NCBI RefSeq assembly: GCF_003334405.1
Contig: NZ_QOWM01000020.1
Strand: one strand, 5' to 3'
DNA from: Escherichia coli
GTDB lineage: Bacteria > Pseudomonadota > Gammaproteobacteria > Enterobacterales > Enterobacteriaceae
DNA length: 60,030 bases
A model generated the notes under the pieces. The model saw only the letters and a program-made list of their open reading frames with translations, searched no databases and was not told the DNA's origin. Below are positions 45,399-59,955 of the stretch, in pieces. The translations under genes and the position numbers were made by a program. The stretch's first letter is position 1. Every line of letters begins with the position of its first letter.

Positions 45399-46841
45399 TT
45401 AAGCGGGTAATGTGATAACAAACCTTGTCCCCCGCGCATCCGACGTTACCGCAACCGTGCCTTTATGCGCGACAACAATCGATTTCACTATCGCCAGGCC
45501 AATACCGCTACCTTCACCTTTTCGCTGGCGGGAGGGGTCAACGCGATAGAAACGGTCAAACAATCGCGGTAAGTGCTCGGGCGCAATGGGCGTACCGGGG
45601 TTTTCGACGATAACTTGCACCAGGTGATCGACCGTCTGACAGCGCACTACAATTGTCTCTCCGGTTGGCGTATAACGCAGGGCGTTCGAAAGCAGGTTGC
45701 TTAGCGCCCGACGCAGCATCAGCGGATCGCCCGCGACCTGACACTTGTCGCCAACAAACCGCAACTCCACGCCGCGATCTTCCGCTAACGCCTCGAAAAA
45801 ATCGAACACTTTGCCGACTTCATCCGCCAGGTTGAGCATTTTCTTTTCGGGGATTAGCTGGTTGTTATCGGCCTGAGCGAGAAACAGCATATCGCTGACC
45901 ATTTTCGCCATTCGCGTCAGCTCTTCGAGATTAGAGTAGAGCACATCTTCCAGCTCCTTCTGGCTGCGCGACTGGCTGAGGGCGATTTCGGTTTGCGTTA
46001 TGAGATTCGTAATTGGTGTGCGAATTTCGTGAGCGATATCCGCTGAGAAATTGGACTGGCGGGTAAAGACATCCTCAATACGCTCGATCATATGGTTGAA
46101 CGACAGTACCAGCTGTTCCAGCTCAATGGGCACGGTCTGCGGGTCAAGGCGAACGTCGAGATCTTTCGAGGTAATATTCTGGATTTGACGGCTGACGCTG
46201 CGGATCGGCGCGTGACCTTTATGTACCGCCAACAGCACGATAAAGACGATCAGGATGCTGATTACCGATGCGGTCATAATAAGTTTATTCATCAAATCAT
46301 TTATGTAATGAAGATGAAAATCGATCGAAAGCGCGATGTAGAGCGTATAAATCGGTTTGCCGTCAACCAGCGGGCCAACCGGTAAGTTAATCATCCGCCA
46401 GTTGCTGTGTTCCATATGCCCGTGACCGTGCCCTGGCATCATAATCGTCGGGCCGGAAAGGAGATACACCTCGCCGCCCCGCGCGTCTTTATCGGGTATG
46501 GCGTCACGCGTAAACTCGCGGATATCGGGCGCACCGGGGGAGTGATACACCGTTTTACCCTGACTATCTGCCAGGGAAATCAACACATTGGAATAACCAC
46601 TGACGATATCTTCCAGCGTCATTAAGCGTCGGGCTTGCGTTTCGTCAGGGTGATTTAGTACCCGTTCAAGGGTGGCGCTAATCTCTTTTAAATCATTAAT
46701 ATCCTGCTCGGCAAAATGCACTTTTACTGAGTGGATCATGATCCATGCAAAGGCGAAAAACGCCGCGATGGTGGCCAGGCTGATAAAAAAGGTCAGGCGG
46801 GTTGCCAGCGAAAACGGGCGCTGAAATGGCTTACTGACCAT
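45399..46841 (-). CDS. cusS: Copper/silver-sensing histidine kinase
   Basis: ~480 aa; two TM segments, H-box ([10 protein letters not shown]) and HATPase domain; overlaps cusR. Confidence 0.9.
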
Positions 46842-47514
46842 CCGGCACCTCAAGCATGTAACCCACGCCGCGCACGGTTTGAATCAGCTTCGGCTCAAAG
46901 TCGTTGTCGATTTTGCCGCGTAGCCGCTTCACCGCCACATCAATGGCGTTAGTGTCGCTGTCGAAATTCATGTCCCATACCTGCGAGGCGATAAGCGAGC
47001 GGGGCAGCACTTCGCCCTGATGGCGAAGGAAAAACTCCAGCAGAGTAAATTCTTTACTGGTCAGAGTGATGCGCGTGCCGCTGCGGGTGACTTTGCGGCT
47101 GACGAGATCGACCATCAGATCGGCAACCTGAAACTGACTTTCGATAATCACCGCCGCCCCGCGCCGCAGGAGAGTGCGCACCCGCGCCAGCAGTTCAGCA
47201 AAAGCGAACGGCTTCACCAGATAGTCATCGGCCCCCAACTCCAGCCCCTTGACGCGATGTTCAATGGTGCCAAGCGCGGTAAGCAACAGAATCGGCATCC
47301 CTTTATTGGCGGAGCGCAACATGCGCACGATATCCCAGCCGTTCACGTCCGGCAGCATAATATCGAGGATTATCAGGTCATAATCTCCGGTCATCGCCAG
47401 ATGGTAGCCATTCAGCCCGTTGTCGGCCAAATCGACCACAAAACCGGCTTCGGTTAACCCTTTGGTCAAGTATTCTCCGGTTTTCTTTTCATCTTCGACA
47501 ATCAGCAGTTTCAT
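46831..47514 (-). CDS. cusR: OmpR-family response regulator of the cus operon
   Basis: 227 aa; receiver plus winged-helix domain. Confidence 0.9.
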
Positions 47515-47568
47515 ATTTCCTCCACATGTTGCCCGGGCAATTCTAGAGTAGCGGGATCAGATGGCAAT

Positions 47569-47590
47569 CGCTTATTGGCAAAATGACAAT
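47569..47590. promoter_or_regulatory. CusR box in the cusR-cusC divergent promoter
   Basis: Perfect inverted repeat AAAATGACAA-tt-TTGTCATTTT. Confidence 0.7.
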
Positions 47591-47670
47591 TTTGTCATTT
47601 TCCTGTCACCGGAAAATCAGAGGCTGGCGAGTAAAGTTGGCGGCATAAAATCACCAGAAATTATGAGCCT

Positions 47671-49050
47671 ATGTCTCCTTGTAAACTTCTGCCATTTTGT
47701 GTGGCCCTTGCGCTAACCGGTTGTTCACTGGCACCGGATTATCAGCGCCCGGCAATGCCCGTACCGCAGCAGTTCTCACTCAGCCAGAACGGCCTCGTTA
47801 ACGCAGCAGATAACTATCAGAACGCGGGCTGGCGCACCTTTTTTGTTGATAATCAGGTGAAGACGCTGATTAGCGAGGCGCTGGTGAATAACCGGGATTT
47901 GCGCATGGCGACGCTGAAAGTGCAGGAGGCACGGGCGCAATATCGTCTGACTGATGCCGACCGCTACCCACAGCTCAATGGCGAGGGCAGCGGCAGCTGG
48001 AGCGGTAATCTTAAAGGGAATACCGCCACGACACGGGAGTTTTCGACCGGCCTTAACGCCAGCCTTGACCTCGATTTTTTCGGTCGCTTAAAGAACATGA
48101 GCGAAGCCGAGCGACAAAATTATTTAGCCACTGAGGAAGCTCAGCGCGCGGTGCATATTCTGCTGGTTTCTAATGTCGCGCAAAGCTATTTCAATCAGCA
48201 ACTGGCGTATGCGCAATTGCAAATAGCCGAAGAAACGCTGCGTAATTATCAGCAGTCATATGCGTTTGTCGAAAAACAACTGTTGACCGGTAGCAGCAAT
48301 GTTCTGGCGCTGGAACAGGCTCGCGGGGTGATAGAAAGTACCCGCAGTGACATCGCTAAACGTCAGGGGGAACTGGCGCAGGCGAATAATGCATTGCAAC
48401 TGTTATTGGGAAGCTACGGCAAGCTGCCGCAAGCGCAGACAGTAAACAGCGACAGTCTGCAAAGCGTTAAATTACCGGCGGGCTTGTCGTCGCAAATCTT
48501 ATTGCAGCGCCCGGATATTATGGAAGCTGAACACGCGTTAATGGCGGCTAATGCCAATATTGGTGCTGCGCGTGCGGCATTTTTCCCGTCTATCAGCCTG
48601 ACCAGCGGAATATCGACCGCCAGCAGCGATCTGTCGTCATTATTTAACGCCAGCAGCGGGATGTGGAATTTTATACCCAAAATTGAGATCCCCATTTTTA
48701 ATGCCGGACGCAACCAGGCCAATCTGGATATCGCCGAAATTCGCCAGCAGCAGTCGGTAGTGAATTATGAACAGAAAATCCAGAACGCCTTTAAAGAAGT
48801 GGCAGATGCGCTGGCATTACGTCAAAGCCTGAACGATCAAATCAGCGCCCAGCAGCGTTATCTGGCGTCGCTGCAAATTACTTTGCAACGGGCGCGGGCA
48901 TTATATCAGCACGGCGCGGTAAGTTATCTGGAAGTGCTGGATGCCGAGCGTTCTTTATTTGCAACCCGACAAACCTTACTTGACCTGAATTATGCCCGTC
49001 AGGTCAACGAAATTTCTTTATATACCGCACTTGGTGGCGGTTGGCAGTAG
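47671..49050 (+). CDS. cusC: Outer-membrane factor of the Cu/Ag RND efflux system (lipoprotein)
   Basis: 459 aa; lipobox LTGC. Confidence 0.9.
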   Translation: MSPCKLLPFCVALALTGCSLAPDYQRPAMPVPQQFSLSQNGLVNAADNYQNAGWRTFFVDNQVKTLISEALVNNRDLRMATLKVQEARAQYRLTDADRYPQLNGEGSGSWSGNLKGNTATTREFSTGLNASLDLDFFGRLKNMSEAERQNYLATEEAQRAVHILLVSNVAQSYFNQQLAYAQLQIAEETLRNYQQSYAFVEKQLLTGSSNVLALEQARGVIESTRSDIAKRQGELAQANNALQLLLGSYGKLPQAQTVNSDSLQSVKLPAGLSSQILLQRPDIMEAEHALMAANANIGAARAAFFPSISLTSGISTASSDLSSLFNASSGMWNFIPKIEIPIFNAGRNQANLDIAEIRQQQSVVNYEQKIQNAFKEVADALALRQSLNDQISAQQRYLASLQITLQRARALYQHGAVSYLEVLDAERSLFATRQTLLDLNYARQVNEISLYTALGGGWQ

Positions 49051-49076
49051 TAATTTTTAACTCCAGGAGAGAATAA

Positions 49077-49409
49077 ATGAAAAAAGCACTGCAAGTCGCA
49101 ATGTTCAGTCTGTTTACCGTTATTGGCTTTAATGCCCAGGCTAACGAACATCATCATGAAACCATGAGCGAAGTACAACCGCAGGTTATTAGCGCCACTG
49201 GCGTGGTAAAAGGTGTTGATCTGGAAAGCAAAAAAATCACCATCCATCACGATCCGATTGCTGCCGTGAACTGGCCGGAGATGACCATGCGCTTTACCAT
49301 CACCCCGCAGACGAAAATGAGTGAAATTAAAACCGGCGACAAAGTGGCGTTTAATTTTGTCCAGCAGGGCAACCTTTCTTTATTACAGGATATTAAAGTC
49401 AGCCAGTAA
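49077..49409 (+). CDS. cusF: Periplasmic Cu(I)/Ag(I) metallochaperone
   Basis: 110 aa; signal peptide; His/Met/Trp ligand region. Confidence 0.9.
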   Translation: MKKALQVAMFSLFTVIGFNAQANEHHHETMSEVQPQVISATGVVKGVDLESKKITIHHDPIAAVNWPEMTMRFTITPQTKMSEIKTGDKVAFNFVQQGNLSLLQDIKVSQ

Positions 49410-49424
49410 CCCAGGTTTAATGAT

Positions 49425-50648
49425 ATGAAAAAAATCGCGCTTATTATCGGCAGCATGATCGCGGGCGGTATTATTTCTGCGGCAGGTTTTAACTGGTTTG
49501 CAAAGGCTGAACCGCCCGCAGAAAAAACGTCGACCGCAGAACGTAAAGTCTTATTCTGGTACGACCCGATGTATCCCAATACGCGGTTCGATAAACCAGG
49601 TAAATCGCCGTTTATGGATATGGATCTGGTGCCGAAATATGCCGATGAAGAGAGTTCTGCGTCTGGTGTGCGCATTGACCCGACTCAGACGCAGAATCTG
49701 GGGGTGAAAACGGCTACCGTCACGCGCGGGCCGCTGACTTTTGCCCAGAGTTTCCCGGCGAATGTCAGTTACAACGAGTATCAGTATGCCATTGTGCAGG
49801 CTCGCGCTGCCGGGTTTATCGACAAGGTGTATCCGCTTACCGTGGGCGATAAAGTGCAAAAGGGCACACCGCTTCTCGACCTGACCATTCCCGACTGGGT
49901 GGAAGCGCAGAGTGAGTATTTACTGCTGCGCGAAACCGGCGGTACGGCGACCCAGACTGAAGGCATTCTTGAGCGGCTGCGACTGGCGGGAATGCCGGAG
50001 GCGGATATTCGCCGCCTGATCGCCACGCAAAAAATCCAGACTCGCTTTACGCTCAAAGCGCCCATTGATGGCGTGATCACCGCGTTTGATCTGCGCGCGG
50101 GAATGAATATCGCCAAAGATAACGTGGTCGCGAAAATTCAGGGTATGGACCCGGTGTGGGTCACTGCTGCGATCCCGGAGTCCATCGCCTGGCTGGTGAA
50201 AGATGCCTCGCAGTTTACGCTCACCGTTCCGGCGCGACCTGATAAAACACTCACCATCCGCAAATGGACCCTGCTACCCGGCGTGGATGCCGCGACCCGC
50301 ACGCTACAACTGCGTCTGGAAGTCGACAACGCCGACGAGGCGCTAAAACCAGGCATGAACGCCTGGTTGCAACTCAATACCGCCAGCGAACCGATGCTGC
50401 TCATTCCGTCACAGGCGCTGATTGATACCGGCAACGAACAGCGGGTGATTACCGTTGATGCCGACGGGCGCTTTGTACCGAAACGCGTTGCCGTTTTCCA
50501 GGCATCGCAAGGTGTCACCGCATTACGCTCTGGTCTGGCGGAAGGTGAAAAGGTGGTTTCCAGCGGCCTGTTCCTGATTGATTCCGAAGCCAATATTTCT
50601 GGCGCACTGGAGCGGATGCGCTCTGAAAGTGCTACCCATGCGCATTGA
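49425..50648 (+). CDS. cusB: Membrane fusion protein of the CusCBA efflux pump
   Basis: 407 aa; synteny. Confidence 0.9.
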   Translation: MKKIALIIGSMIAGGIISAAGFNWFAKAEPPAEKTSTAERKVLFWYDPMYPNTRFDKPGKSPFMDMDLVPKYADEESSASGVRIDPTQTQNLGVKTATVTRGPLTFAQSFPANVSYNEYQYAIVQARAAGFIDKVYPLTVGDKVQKGTPLLDLTIPDWVEAQSEYLLLRETGGTATQTEGILERLRLAGMPEADIRRLIATQKIQTRFTLKAPIDGVITAFDLRAGMNIAKDNVVAKIQGMDPVWVTAAIPESIAWLVKDASQFTLTVPARPDKTLTIRKWTLLPGVDAATRTLQLRLEVDNADEALKPGMNAWLQLNTASEPMLLIPSQALIDTGNEQRVITVDADGRFVPKRVAVFQASQGVTALRSGLAEGEKVVSSGLFLIDSEANISGALERMRSESATHAH

Positions 50649-50659
50649 GGGAATAACCA

Positions 50660-53600
50660 ATGATTGAATGGATTATTCGTCGCTCGGTGGCGAACCGTTT
50701 TCTGGTGCTGATGGGCGCGTTATTTCTGAGTATCTGGGGCACCTGGACCATCATTAACACGCCAGTGGATGCGCTGCCGGATCTCTCCGATGTGCAGGTG
50801 ATTATTAAAACCAGCTATCCCGGCCAGGCACCGCAAATCGTTGAAAATCAGGTGACTTATCCGCTAACCACCACCATGTTGTCGGTGCCTGGCGCGAAGA
50901 CTGTGCGTGGTTTCTCGCAGTTTGGCGACTCTTATGTGTATGTCATTTTCGAAGATGGTACCGATCCGTACTGGGCGCGTTCGCGGGTGCTGGAATACCT
51001 CAACCAGGTACAGGGTAAGCTGCCTGCGGGAGTCAGCGCCGAGCTGGGGCCAGATGCCACGGGTGTTGGCTGGATCTATGAATATGCACTGGTGGATCGC
51101 AGCGGTAAGCACGATCTGGCCGATTTACGCTCATTGCAGGACTGGTTTCTCAAATATGAGCTAAAAACCATCCCTGACGTTGCGGAAGTAGCGTCGGTGG
51201 GCGGTGTGGTGAAAGAGTATCAGGTGGTTATCGATCCTCAGCGCCTGGCACAGTATGGCATCAGTCTAGCCGAAGTAAAAAGCGCGCTGGATGCTTCAAA
51301 CCAGGAAGCGGGCGGTTCGTCGATCGAACTGGCGGAAGCGGAATATATGGTGCGCGCCAGCGGCTATCTGCAAACGCTCGACGACTTTAATCACATCGTT
51401 TTAAAAGCCAGTGAAAATGGCGTGCCTGTTTATCTGCGTGATGTTGCGAAGGTCCAGATTGGACCGGAAATGCGCCGGGGCATTGCCGAACTGAACGGCG
51501 AAGGCGAAGTGGCAGGCGGGGTGGTGATCCTGCGCTCCGGCAAAAACGCCCGTGAAGTGATCGCCGCCGTGAAGGACAAACTGGAAACGCTGAAAAGTAG
51601 TCTGCCGGAAGGCGTGGAGATAGTTACAACATACGATCGCAGCCAGCTCATTGACCGCGCCATCGACAACCTCAGCGGCAAGTTGCTGGAAGAGTTTATT
51701 GTGGTGGCGGTAGTCTGTGCGCTGTTTCTCTGGCATGTGCGCTCGGCGCTGGTGGCGATTATTTCGTTGCCGCTGGGGTTGTGTATTGCTTTTATTGTCA
51801 TGCACTTCCAGGGACTGAATGCCAATATTATGTCGTTGGGTGGCATTGCGATTGCCGTCGGGGCGATGGTCGATGCTGCTATCGTCATGATCGAGAATGC
51901 GCATAAACGGCTGGAAGAGTGGCAGCACCAGCATCCTGACGCCACGCTGGATAATAAAACGCGCTGGCAGGTGATCACCGATGCGTCTGTTGAAGTGGGT
52001 CCGGCGTTGTTTATCAGTCTGCTGATTATCACGTTGTCGTTTATCCCGATCTTCACCCTGGAAGGGCAGGAAGGGCGTCTGTTTGGCCCGCTGGCGTTCA
52101 CTAAAACCTATGCGATGGCGGGCGCGGCGCTGCTGGCGATCGTAGTGATCCCGATCCTGATGGGCTACTGGATCCGTGGCAAAATTCCGCCGGAAAGCAG
52201 TAACCCGCTCAATCGCTTTTTGATTCGTGTTTATCATCCTCTATTGCTGAAAGTACTGCACTGGCCGAAAACCACGCTGTTGGTGGCAGCGCTTTCGGTG
52301 CTGACGGTTCTCTGGCCGCTCAATAAAGTTGGCGGGGAATTTTTACCGCAGATCAATGAAGGCGACTTGTTGTATATGCCATCGACGCTGCCGGGGATTT
52401 CCGCAGCAGAGGCGGCGAGTATGCTGCAAAAAACCGACAAGCTAATTATGAGCGTACCTGAAGTGGCGCGGGTATTTGGCAAAACCGGGAAAGCGGAAAC
52501 CGCCACCGATTCTGCTCCGCTGGAGATGGTAGAAACGACCATCCAGCTTAAGCCGCAGGAGCAGTGGCGGCCAGGCATGACGATGGACAAAATCATTGAG
52601 GAACTGGATAACACCGTGCGTCTGCCGGGGCTGGCGAATCTGTGGGTGCCGCCAATTCGTAACCGTATCGATATGCTCTCAACCGGCATTAAAAGCCCCA
52701 TCGGCATTAAAGTTTCCGGCACTGTGCTGGCGGATATCGACGCGATGGCGGAGCAAATTGAAGAAGTGGCACGAACGGTGCCAGGCGTAGCTTCTGCGCT
52801 TGCCGAGCGGCTGGAAGGTGGGCGCTATATCAACGTTGAGATTAACCGTGAAAAAGCCGCACGTTACGGTATGACGGTGGCGGATGTGCAGTTGTTTGTG
52901 ACTTCTGCGGTGGGCGGGGCGATGGTTGGCGAAACGGTGGAAGGGATTGCCCGTTATCCAATTAATCTGCGTTATCCGCAAAGCTGGCGCGATAGTCCGC
53001 AGGCACTGCGCCAGTTGCCGATCCTGACGCCGATGAAGCAGCAAATCACCCTGGCAGACGTGGCCGACGTTAAAGTCTCTACCGGACCGTCGATGCTGAA
53101 AACCGAGAATGCGCGCCCGACGAGCTGGATTTATATCGATGCCCGCGATCGTGACATGGTGTCGGTGGTTCACGATTTGCAAAAAGCGATAGCTGAAAAA
53201 GTGCAGTTAAAACCAGGCACCAGCGTGGCGTTTTCCGGGCAGTTCGAGTTGCTGGAGCGCGCCAACCATAAGCTGAAACTCATGGTGCCGATGACGCTGA
53301 TGATCATCTTCGTGCTGTTGTATCTGGCGTTCCGTCGGGTGGGCGAAGCGTTGCTGATTATCAGCAGCGTACCGTTTGCGCTGGTGGGCGGCATCTGGTT
53401 GCTGTGGTGGATGGGCTTTCATCTTTCCGTGGCGACGGGCACTGGCTTTATCGCCCTCGCCGGGGTCGCCGCCGAATTTGGCGTGGTGATGCTGATGTAT
53501 TTACGTCACGCCATAGAGGCCGAGCCGTCGTTGAATAATCCGCAAACATTCAGTGAGCAGAAGCTGGATGAGGCGTTGTATCACGGCGCGGTACTGCGCG

Positions 53601-53803
53601 TGCGCCCGAAAGCGATGACGGTGGCGGTGATTATCGCCGGTCTGCTGCCGATTCTGTGGGGAACGGGGGCTGGTTCAGAGGTGATGAGCCGGATTGCCGC
53701 ACCGATGATTGGCGGCATGATCACCGCACCTTTGCTGTCGCTGTTTATTATCCCGGCGGCGTATAAGCTGATGTGGCTGCACCGACATCGGGTACGGAAA
53801 TAA
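50660..53803 (+). CDS. cusA: RND heavy-metal efflux transporter
   Basis: 1047 aa, 12-TM RND architecture. Confidence 0.95.
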   Translation: MIEWIIRRSVANRFLVLMGALFLSIWGTWTIINTPVDALPDLSDVQVIIKTSYPGQAPQIVENQVTYPLTTTMLSVPGAKTVRGFSQFGDSYVYVIFEDGTDPYWARSRVLEYLNQVQGKLPAGVSAELGPDATGVGWIYEYALVDRSGKHDLADLRSLQDWFLKYELKTIPDVAEVASVGGVVKEYQVVIDPQRLAQYGISLAEVKSALDASNQEAGGSSIELAEAEYMVRASGYLQTLDDFNHIVLKASENGVPVYLRDVAKVQIGPEMRRGIAELNGEGEVAGGVVILRSGKNAREVIAAVKDKLETLKSSLPEGVEIVTTYDRSQLIDRAIDNLSGKLLEEFIVVAVVCALFLWHVRSALVAIISLPLGLCIAFIVMHFQGLNANIMSLGGIAIAVGAMVDAAIVMIENAHKRLEEWQHQHPDATLDNKTRWQVITDASVEVGPALFISLLIITLSFIPIFTLEGQEGRLFGPLAFTKTYAMAGAALLAIVVIPILMGYWIRGKIPPESSNPLNRFLIRVYHPLLLKVLHWPKTTLLVAALSVLTVLWPLNKVGGEFLPQINEGDLLYMPSTLPGISAAEAASMLQKTDKLIMSVPEVARVFGKTGKAETATDSAPLEMVETTIQLKPQEQWRPGMTMDKIIEELDNTVRLPGLANLWVPPIRNRIDMLSTGIKSPIGIKVSGTVLADIDAMAEQIEEVARTVPGVASALAERLEGGRYINVEINREKAARYGMTVADVQLFVTSAVGGAMVGETVEGIARYPINLRYPQSWRDSPQALRQLPILTPMKQQITLADVADVKVSTGPSMLKTENARPTSWIYIDARDRDMVSVVHDLQKAIAEKVQLKPGTSVAFSGQFELLERANHKLKLMVPMTLMIIFVLLYLAFRRVGEALLIISSVPFALVGGIWLLWWMGFHLSVATGTGFIALAGVAAEFGVVMLMYLRHAIEAEPSLNNPQTFSEQKLDEALYHGAVLRVRPKAMTVAVIIAGLLPILWGTGAGSEVMSRIAAPMIGGMITAPLLSLFIIPAAYKLMWLHRHRVRK

Positions 53804-53904
53804 AAGCAGGATACCCCGTTTAACCGTGTGGATTGTGTCTTGCGACGATGGGCACTAAATGTTAAAAGGTGCCCCTCAACAAAAAAGACACACAGGGGAA
53901 AGGC

Positions 53905-55281
53905 GTGAAAAACGCGTCAACCGTATCGGAAGATACTGCGTCGAATCAAGAGCCGACGCTTCATCGCGGATTACATAACCGTCATATTCAACTGATTGCG
54001 CTGGGTGGCGCAATTGGTACTGGTCTGTTTCTTGGCATTGGTCCGGCGATTCAGATGGCGGGTCCGGCTGTATTGCTGGGCTACGGCGTCGCCGGGATCA
54101 TCGCTTTCCTGATTATGCGCCAGCTTGGCGAGATGGTGGTCGAAGAGCCGGTATCCGGTTCATTTGCCCACTTTGCCTATAAATACTGGGGACCGTTTGC
54201 GGGCTTCCTCTCTGGCTGGAACTACTGGGTAATGTTCGTGCTGGTGGGAATGGCAGAGCTGACCGCTGCGGGCATCTATATGCAGTACTGGTTCCCGGAT
54301 GTTCCAACGTGGATTTGGGCTGCCGCCTTCTTTATTATCATCAACGCCGTTAACCTGGTGAACGTGCGCTTATATGGCGAAACCGAGTTCTGGTTTGCGT
54401 TGATTAAAGTGCTGGCAATCATCGGTATGATCGGCTTTGGCCTGTGGCTGCTGTTTTCTGGTCACGGCGGCGAGAAAGCCAGTATCGACAACCTCTGGCG
54501 CTACGGTGGTTTCTTCGCCACCGGCTGGAATGGGCTGATTTTGTCGCTGGCGGTAATTATGTTCTCCTTCGGCGGTCTGGAGCTGATTGGGATTACTGCC
54601 GCTGAAGCGCGCGATCCGGAAAAAAGCATTCCAAAAGCGGTAAATCAGGTGGTGTATCGCATCCTGCTGTTTTACATCGGTTCACTGGTGGTTTTACTGG
54701 CGCTCTATCCGTGGGTGGAAGTGAAATCCAACAGTAGCCCGTTTGTGATGATTTTCCATAATCTCGACAGCAACGTGGTAGCTTCTGCGCTGAACTTCGT
54801 CATTCTGGTAGCATCGCTGTCAGTGTATAACAGCGGGGTTTACTCTAACAGCCGCATGCTGTTTGGCCTTTCTGTGCAGGGTAATGCGCCGAAGTTTTTG
54901 ACTCGCGTCAGCCGTCGCGGTGTGCCGATTAACTCGCTGATGCTTTCCGGAGCGATCACTTCGCTGGTGGTGTTAATCAACTATCTGCTGCCGCAAAAAG
55001 CGTTTGGTCTGCTGATGGCGCTGGTGGTAGCAACGCTGCTGTTGAACTGGATTATGATCTGTCTGGCGCATCTGCGTTTTCGTGCAGCGATGCGACGTCA
55101 GGGGCGTGAAACACAGTTTAAGGCGCTGCTCTATCCGTTCGGCAACTATCTCTGCATTGCCTTCCTCGGCATGATTTTGCTGCTGATGTGCACGATGGAT
55201 GATATGCGCTTGTCAGCGATCCTGCTGCCGGTGTGGATTGTATTCCTGTTTATGGCATTTAAAACGCTGCGTCGGAAATAA
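53905..55281 (+). CDS. pheP: Phenylalanine-specific permease (APC family)
   Basis: ~458 aa from GTG 53905 (VKNASTVSEDT...), RBS-like GGGGAAAGG upstream. Confidence 0.85.
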   Translation: MKNASTVSEDTASNQEPTLHRGLHNRHIQLIALGGAIGTGLFLGIGPAIQMAGPAVLLGYGVAGIIAFLIMRQLGEMVVEEPVSGSFAHFAYKYWGPFAGFLSGWNYWVMFVLVGMAELTAAGIYMQYWFPDVPTWIWAAAFFIIINAVNLVNVRLYGETEFWFALIKVLAIIGMIGFGLWLLFSGHGGEKASIDNLWRYGGFFATGWNGLILSLAVIMFSFGGLELIGITAAEARDPEKSIPKAVNQVVYRILLFYIGSLVVLLALYPWVEVKSNSSPFVMIFHNLDSNVVASALNFVILVASLSVYNSGVYSNSRMLFGLSVQGNAPKFLTRVSRRGVPINSLMLSGAITSLVVLINYLLPQKAFGLLMALVVATLLLNWIMICLAHLRFRAAMRRQGRETQFKALLYPFGNYLCIAFLGMILLLMCTMDDMRLSAILLPVWIVFLFMAFKTLRRK

Positions 55282-55323
55282 GGCATTCACGCTACATCCG
55301 ACAAAACGATGTCAACCATCCGA

Positions 55324-55359
55324 AACCGCTCTCATCCATTCGATGAGAGCGGTTTTTTT
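55324..55359. terminator. Bidirectional rho-independent terminator between convergent pheP and ybdG
   Basis: AACCGCTCTCATC-cattc-GATGAGAGCGGTT followed by a run of seven T. Confidence 0.7.
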
Positions 55360-55361
55360 AA

Positions 55362-56657
<1,296 letters not shown>

Positions 56658-56716
56658 TTATGCAAATCAGGAGAATCTGAGAGGAAATAGCCGGGCAGAT
56701 GCCCGGCAAGAGAGAA

Positions 56717-57370
56717 TTACACTTCGGTTAAGGTGATGTTTTGCGGCAGACGAGATTTCGGCAGCGTAGCGTTAAAATCTTCAACGCTGTGATGACCTAC
56801 CGGAACAACCACCAGACTGGTGTAGCCTTTCTCTTTCAGACCAAATTCTGCATCGAGGATGGCGGCGTCAAAACCTTCGATGGGTACCGCGTCCAGACCC
56901 AGAGCCGCCACGCCGAGCAGGAAGTTACCGACGTTGAGATAAACCTGTTTTGCCATCCACTCTGCATCATCATGCAGATCTTTACGGTGCATATCAGCGA
57001 AGAACTTGCGACCTTTATCGTTCGCGGCTTTCGCTTCCGGCGTGGCAAAGCGGCCATCGGCATCTTCCTGGTCAACAACCAGCTTCAGCCAGACATCGTC
57101 CATCGCGGTTTTTGCACAGAACACCACGACGTGCGAGGCATCAAGCATTTTACGCTCGTTGAACACGTAATTACCGGCAGCGGATTTGGCAACACGCGCT
57201 TTACCTTCTTCCGTGCTGGCAACAATAAAATGCCACGGCTGGGAGTTGGTGCTGGATGGGCTGTATTGCAGTAGCGTTTTGATCTGCTCGGCCTGTTCCG
57301 GGGTAAGTTTTTTGCTGGCATCAAATGCCTTAGTGGAATGACGCTTTAAGGCGACAGAAATGATATCCAT
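56717..57370 (-). CDS. nfsB: Oxygen-insensitive NAD(P)H nitroreductase
   Basis: 217 aa from [17 protein letters not shown]. Confidence 0.9.
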
Positions 57371-57463
57371 AAAGACTCCATGTGAAAGTAATTTTGCGTG
57401 CCAGCAGATTACAAGGTTCAACGAGAAATGGTAAGCGAGAAAAATGCGCTATAGATTTCCGCT

Positions 57464-57832
57464 TTAGCCTGGACGCACTCTTTTTTGATCGCGTTTAGCC
57501 AGACCATCAACCACCAGATTCCACGAATCGTTGATCAGATCGCGAAGTAACGCTTCGGAGATTTCTTCGCCGGGATACACTGAAATCCAGTGCTTTTTAT
57601 TCATGTGATACCCTGGCTTAATGCTTGGGTATATTTGCTGATTTAACAGGGATTTTTGTGGATCGGACTTCAGATTGATAAAGGGGACGCCGCGTAGCTC
57701 CGACGACAGCATAAAAATCTTGCCGCCAATTTTAAAAACATCGAACTCCGGGCCAAAAGGCCAGCAAAGCTCGACAAAGGGTAACTCAAGGGCCAGGCGT
57801 TTCGCCGTTTCGTGCAGTGATTGCTTATCCAT
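57464..57832 (-). CDS. ybdF: Conserved protein YbdF (DUF419)
   Basis: ~122 aa from [18 protein letters not shown]. Confidence 0.75.
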
Positions 57833-57896
57833 AAACGTTCCTTTAGGCGAAGGAGAATAAGCAAAGTATGCCGCGAAGTACGGCGATAATCGACGT

Positions 57897-58145
57897 TTAA
57901 TCCGCCAGCGAGAACCAGCGTCGCCAGATAAAGCGCAGAACAAAATACTCAATAGCGCCCAGCACTAAAAACCACAGACAAAACAATAAAGTGTAAAGCT
58001 GACTAAGATCCATCAGATGGAACATGGTCACCAGTTTTTGTGCCAGCGCCAGCCCCAGTGCGGGGGCGGGCAGCAGCAGGCAAGAGAGGAAAGCCATCAG
58101 CAAAATGCCTGCTGCGGTGGTCAAGGTTTCTAAAGGGTGTTTCAT
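57897..58145 (-). CDS. ybdJ: Small inner-membrane protein YbdJ
   Basis: 82 aa, two hydrophobic helices. Confidence 0.7.
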
Positions 58146-58210
58146 AACATTGTTAAATGTAAGTTAAAACACCATTGTCAGGGATATTCTTCTGTAAGGC
58201 AATTCCCGGC

Positions 58211-59338
<1,128 letters not shown>

Positions 59339-59639
59339 TTATGTTGGCGTTTTCTATTCAGTATAGAAGTCGGAGCGGCTGGGCGAGATGCGGAAGTTCT
59401 GGAATGTTTCTTTTTTTTGGTGATGGTGAACTGATGGTGCCTGAAGCAATTTGGCTACTTTTGCAATGTGACAAGTTATGGCAGTGCTGACTGGTGGCGA
59501 AGAATTTTGACGATTGAGTCATGCAGAAAAAAACGGGTTCAGCTTCAGTTGATTAAATGAGGAGTGAGAAGTCCGAAACAGGACTCACTGTATAAATAAA
59601 CAGCTATTTTGTTGAGGAAGGGTAAGATAACGGCGGGTG

Positions 59640-59705
59640 CCTGAAGCTTTCCGGTTTCAGGTTTACTCTGAGGTCTGGAAAGATGAAGCCCCAGGAGATA
59701 TTTCT
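59640..59705 (-). ncRNA. sokE: Putative Sok-type antisense RNA (sokE), position approximate
   Basis: Inferred only from hok/sok architecture (antisense to the mok leader/start); no independent signal seen in the sequence. Confidence 0.2.
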
Positions 59706-59781
59706 ATCAACCCTGGGGCTGCCACTCCAAACCCGAACAATTTGGATGGTAGTCCCTTCTTCGCATGGAGGCAATATAAAC

Positions 59782-59934
59782 ATGCTGACGAAATATGCCC
59801 TTGCGGCAGTCATAGTGCTGTGTTTAACGGTGCTGGGATTTACGCTTCTGGTCGGAGACTCGCTGTGTGAGTTTACGGTGAAGGAACGTAATATTGAGTT
59901 TAAGGCTGTTCTCGCTTACGAACCGAAGAAGTAG
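59782..59934 (+). CDS. hokE: Hok-family type I toxin (small membrane peptide)
   Basis: 50-aa [53 protein letters not shown]; the in-frame upstream extension (59683) corresponds to the mok-like leader ORF. Confidence 0.85.
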   Translation: MLTKYALAAVIVLCLTVLGFTLLVGDSLCEFTVKERNIEFKAVLAYEPKK

Positions 59935-59955
59935 CCGTTGTGCGGGGAGTAATCC

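Noticed and set aside
51401-52237. 278-aa and 223-aa minus-strand ORFs inside cusA
   Set aside because: Antisense to a well-conserved RND transporter gene, with Arg/His/Gln-rich low-complexity translation typical of GC-rich antisense frames and no start or RBS context; spurious.
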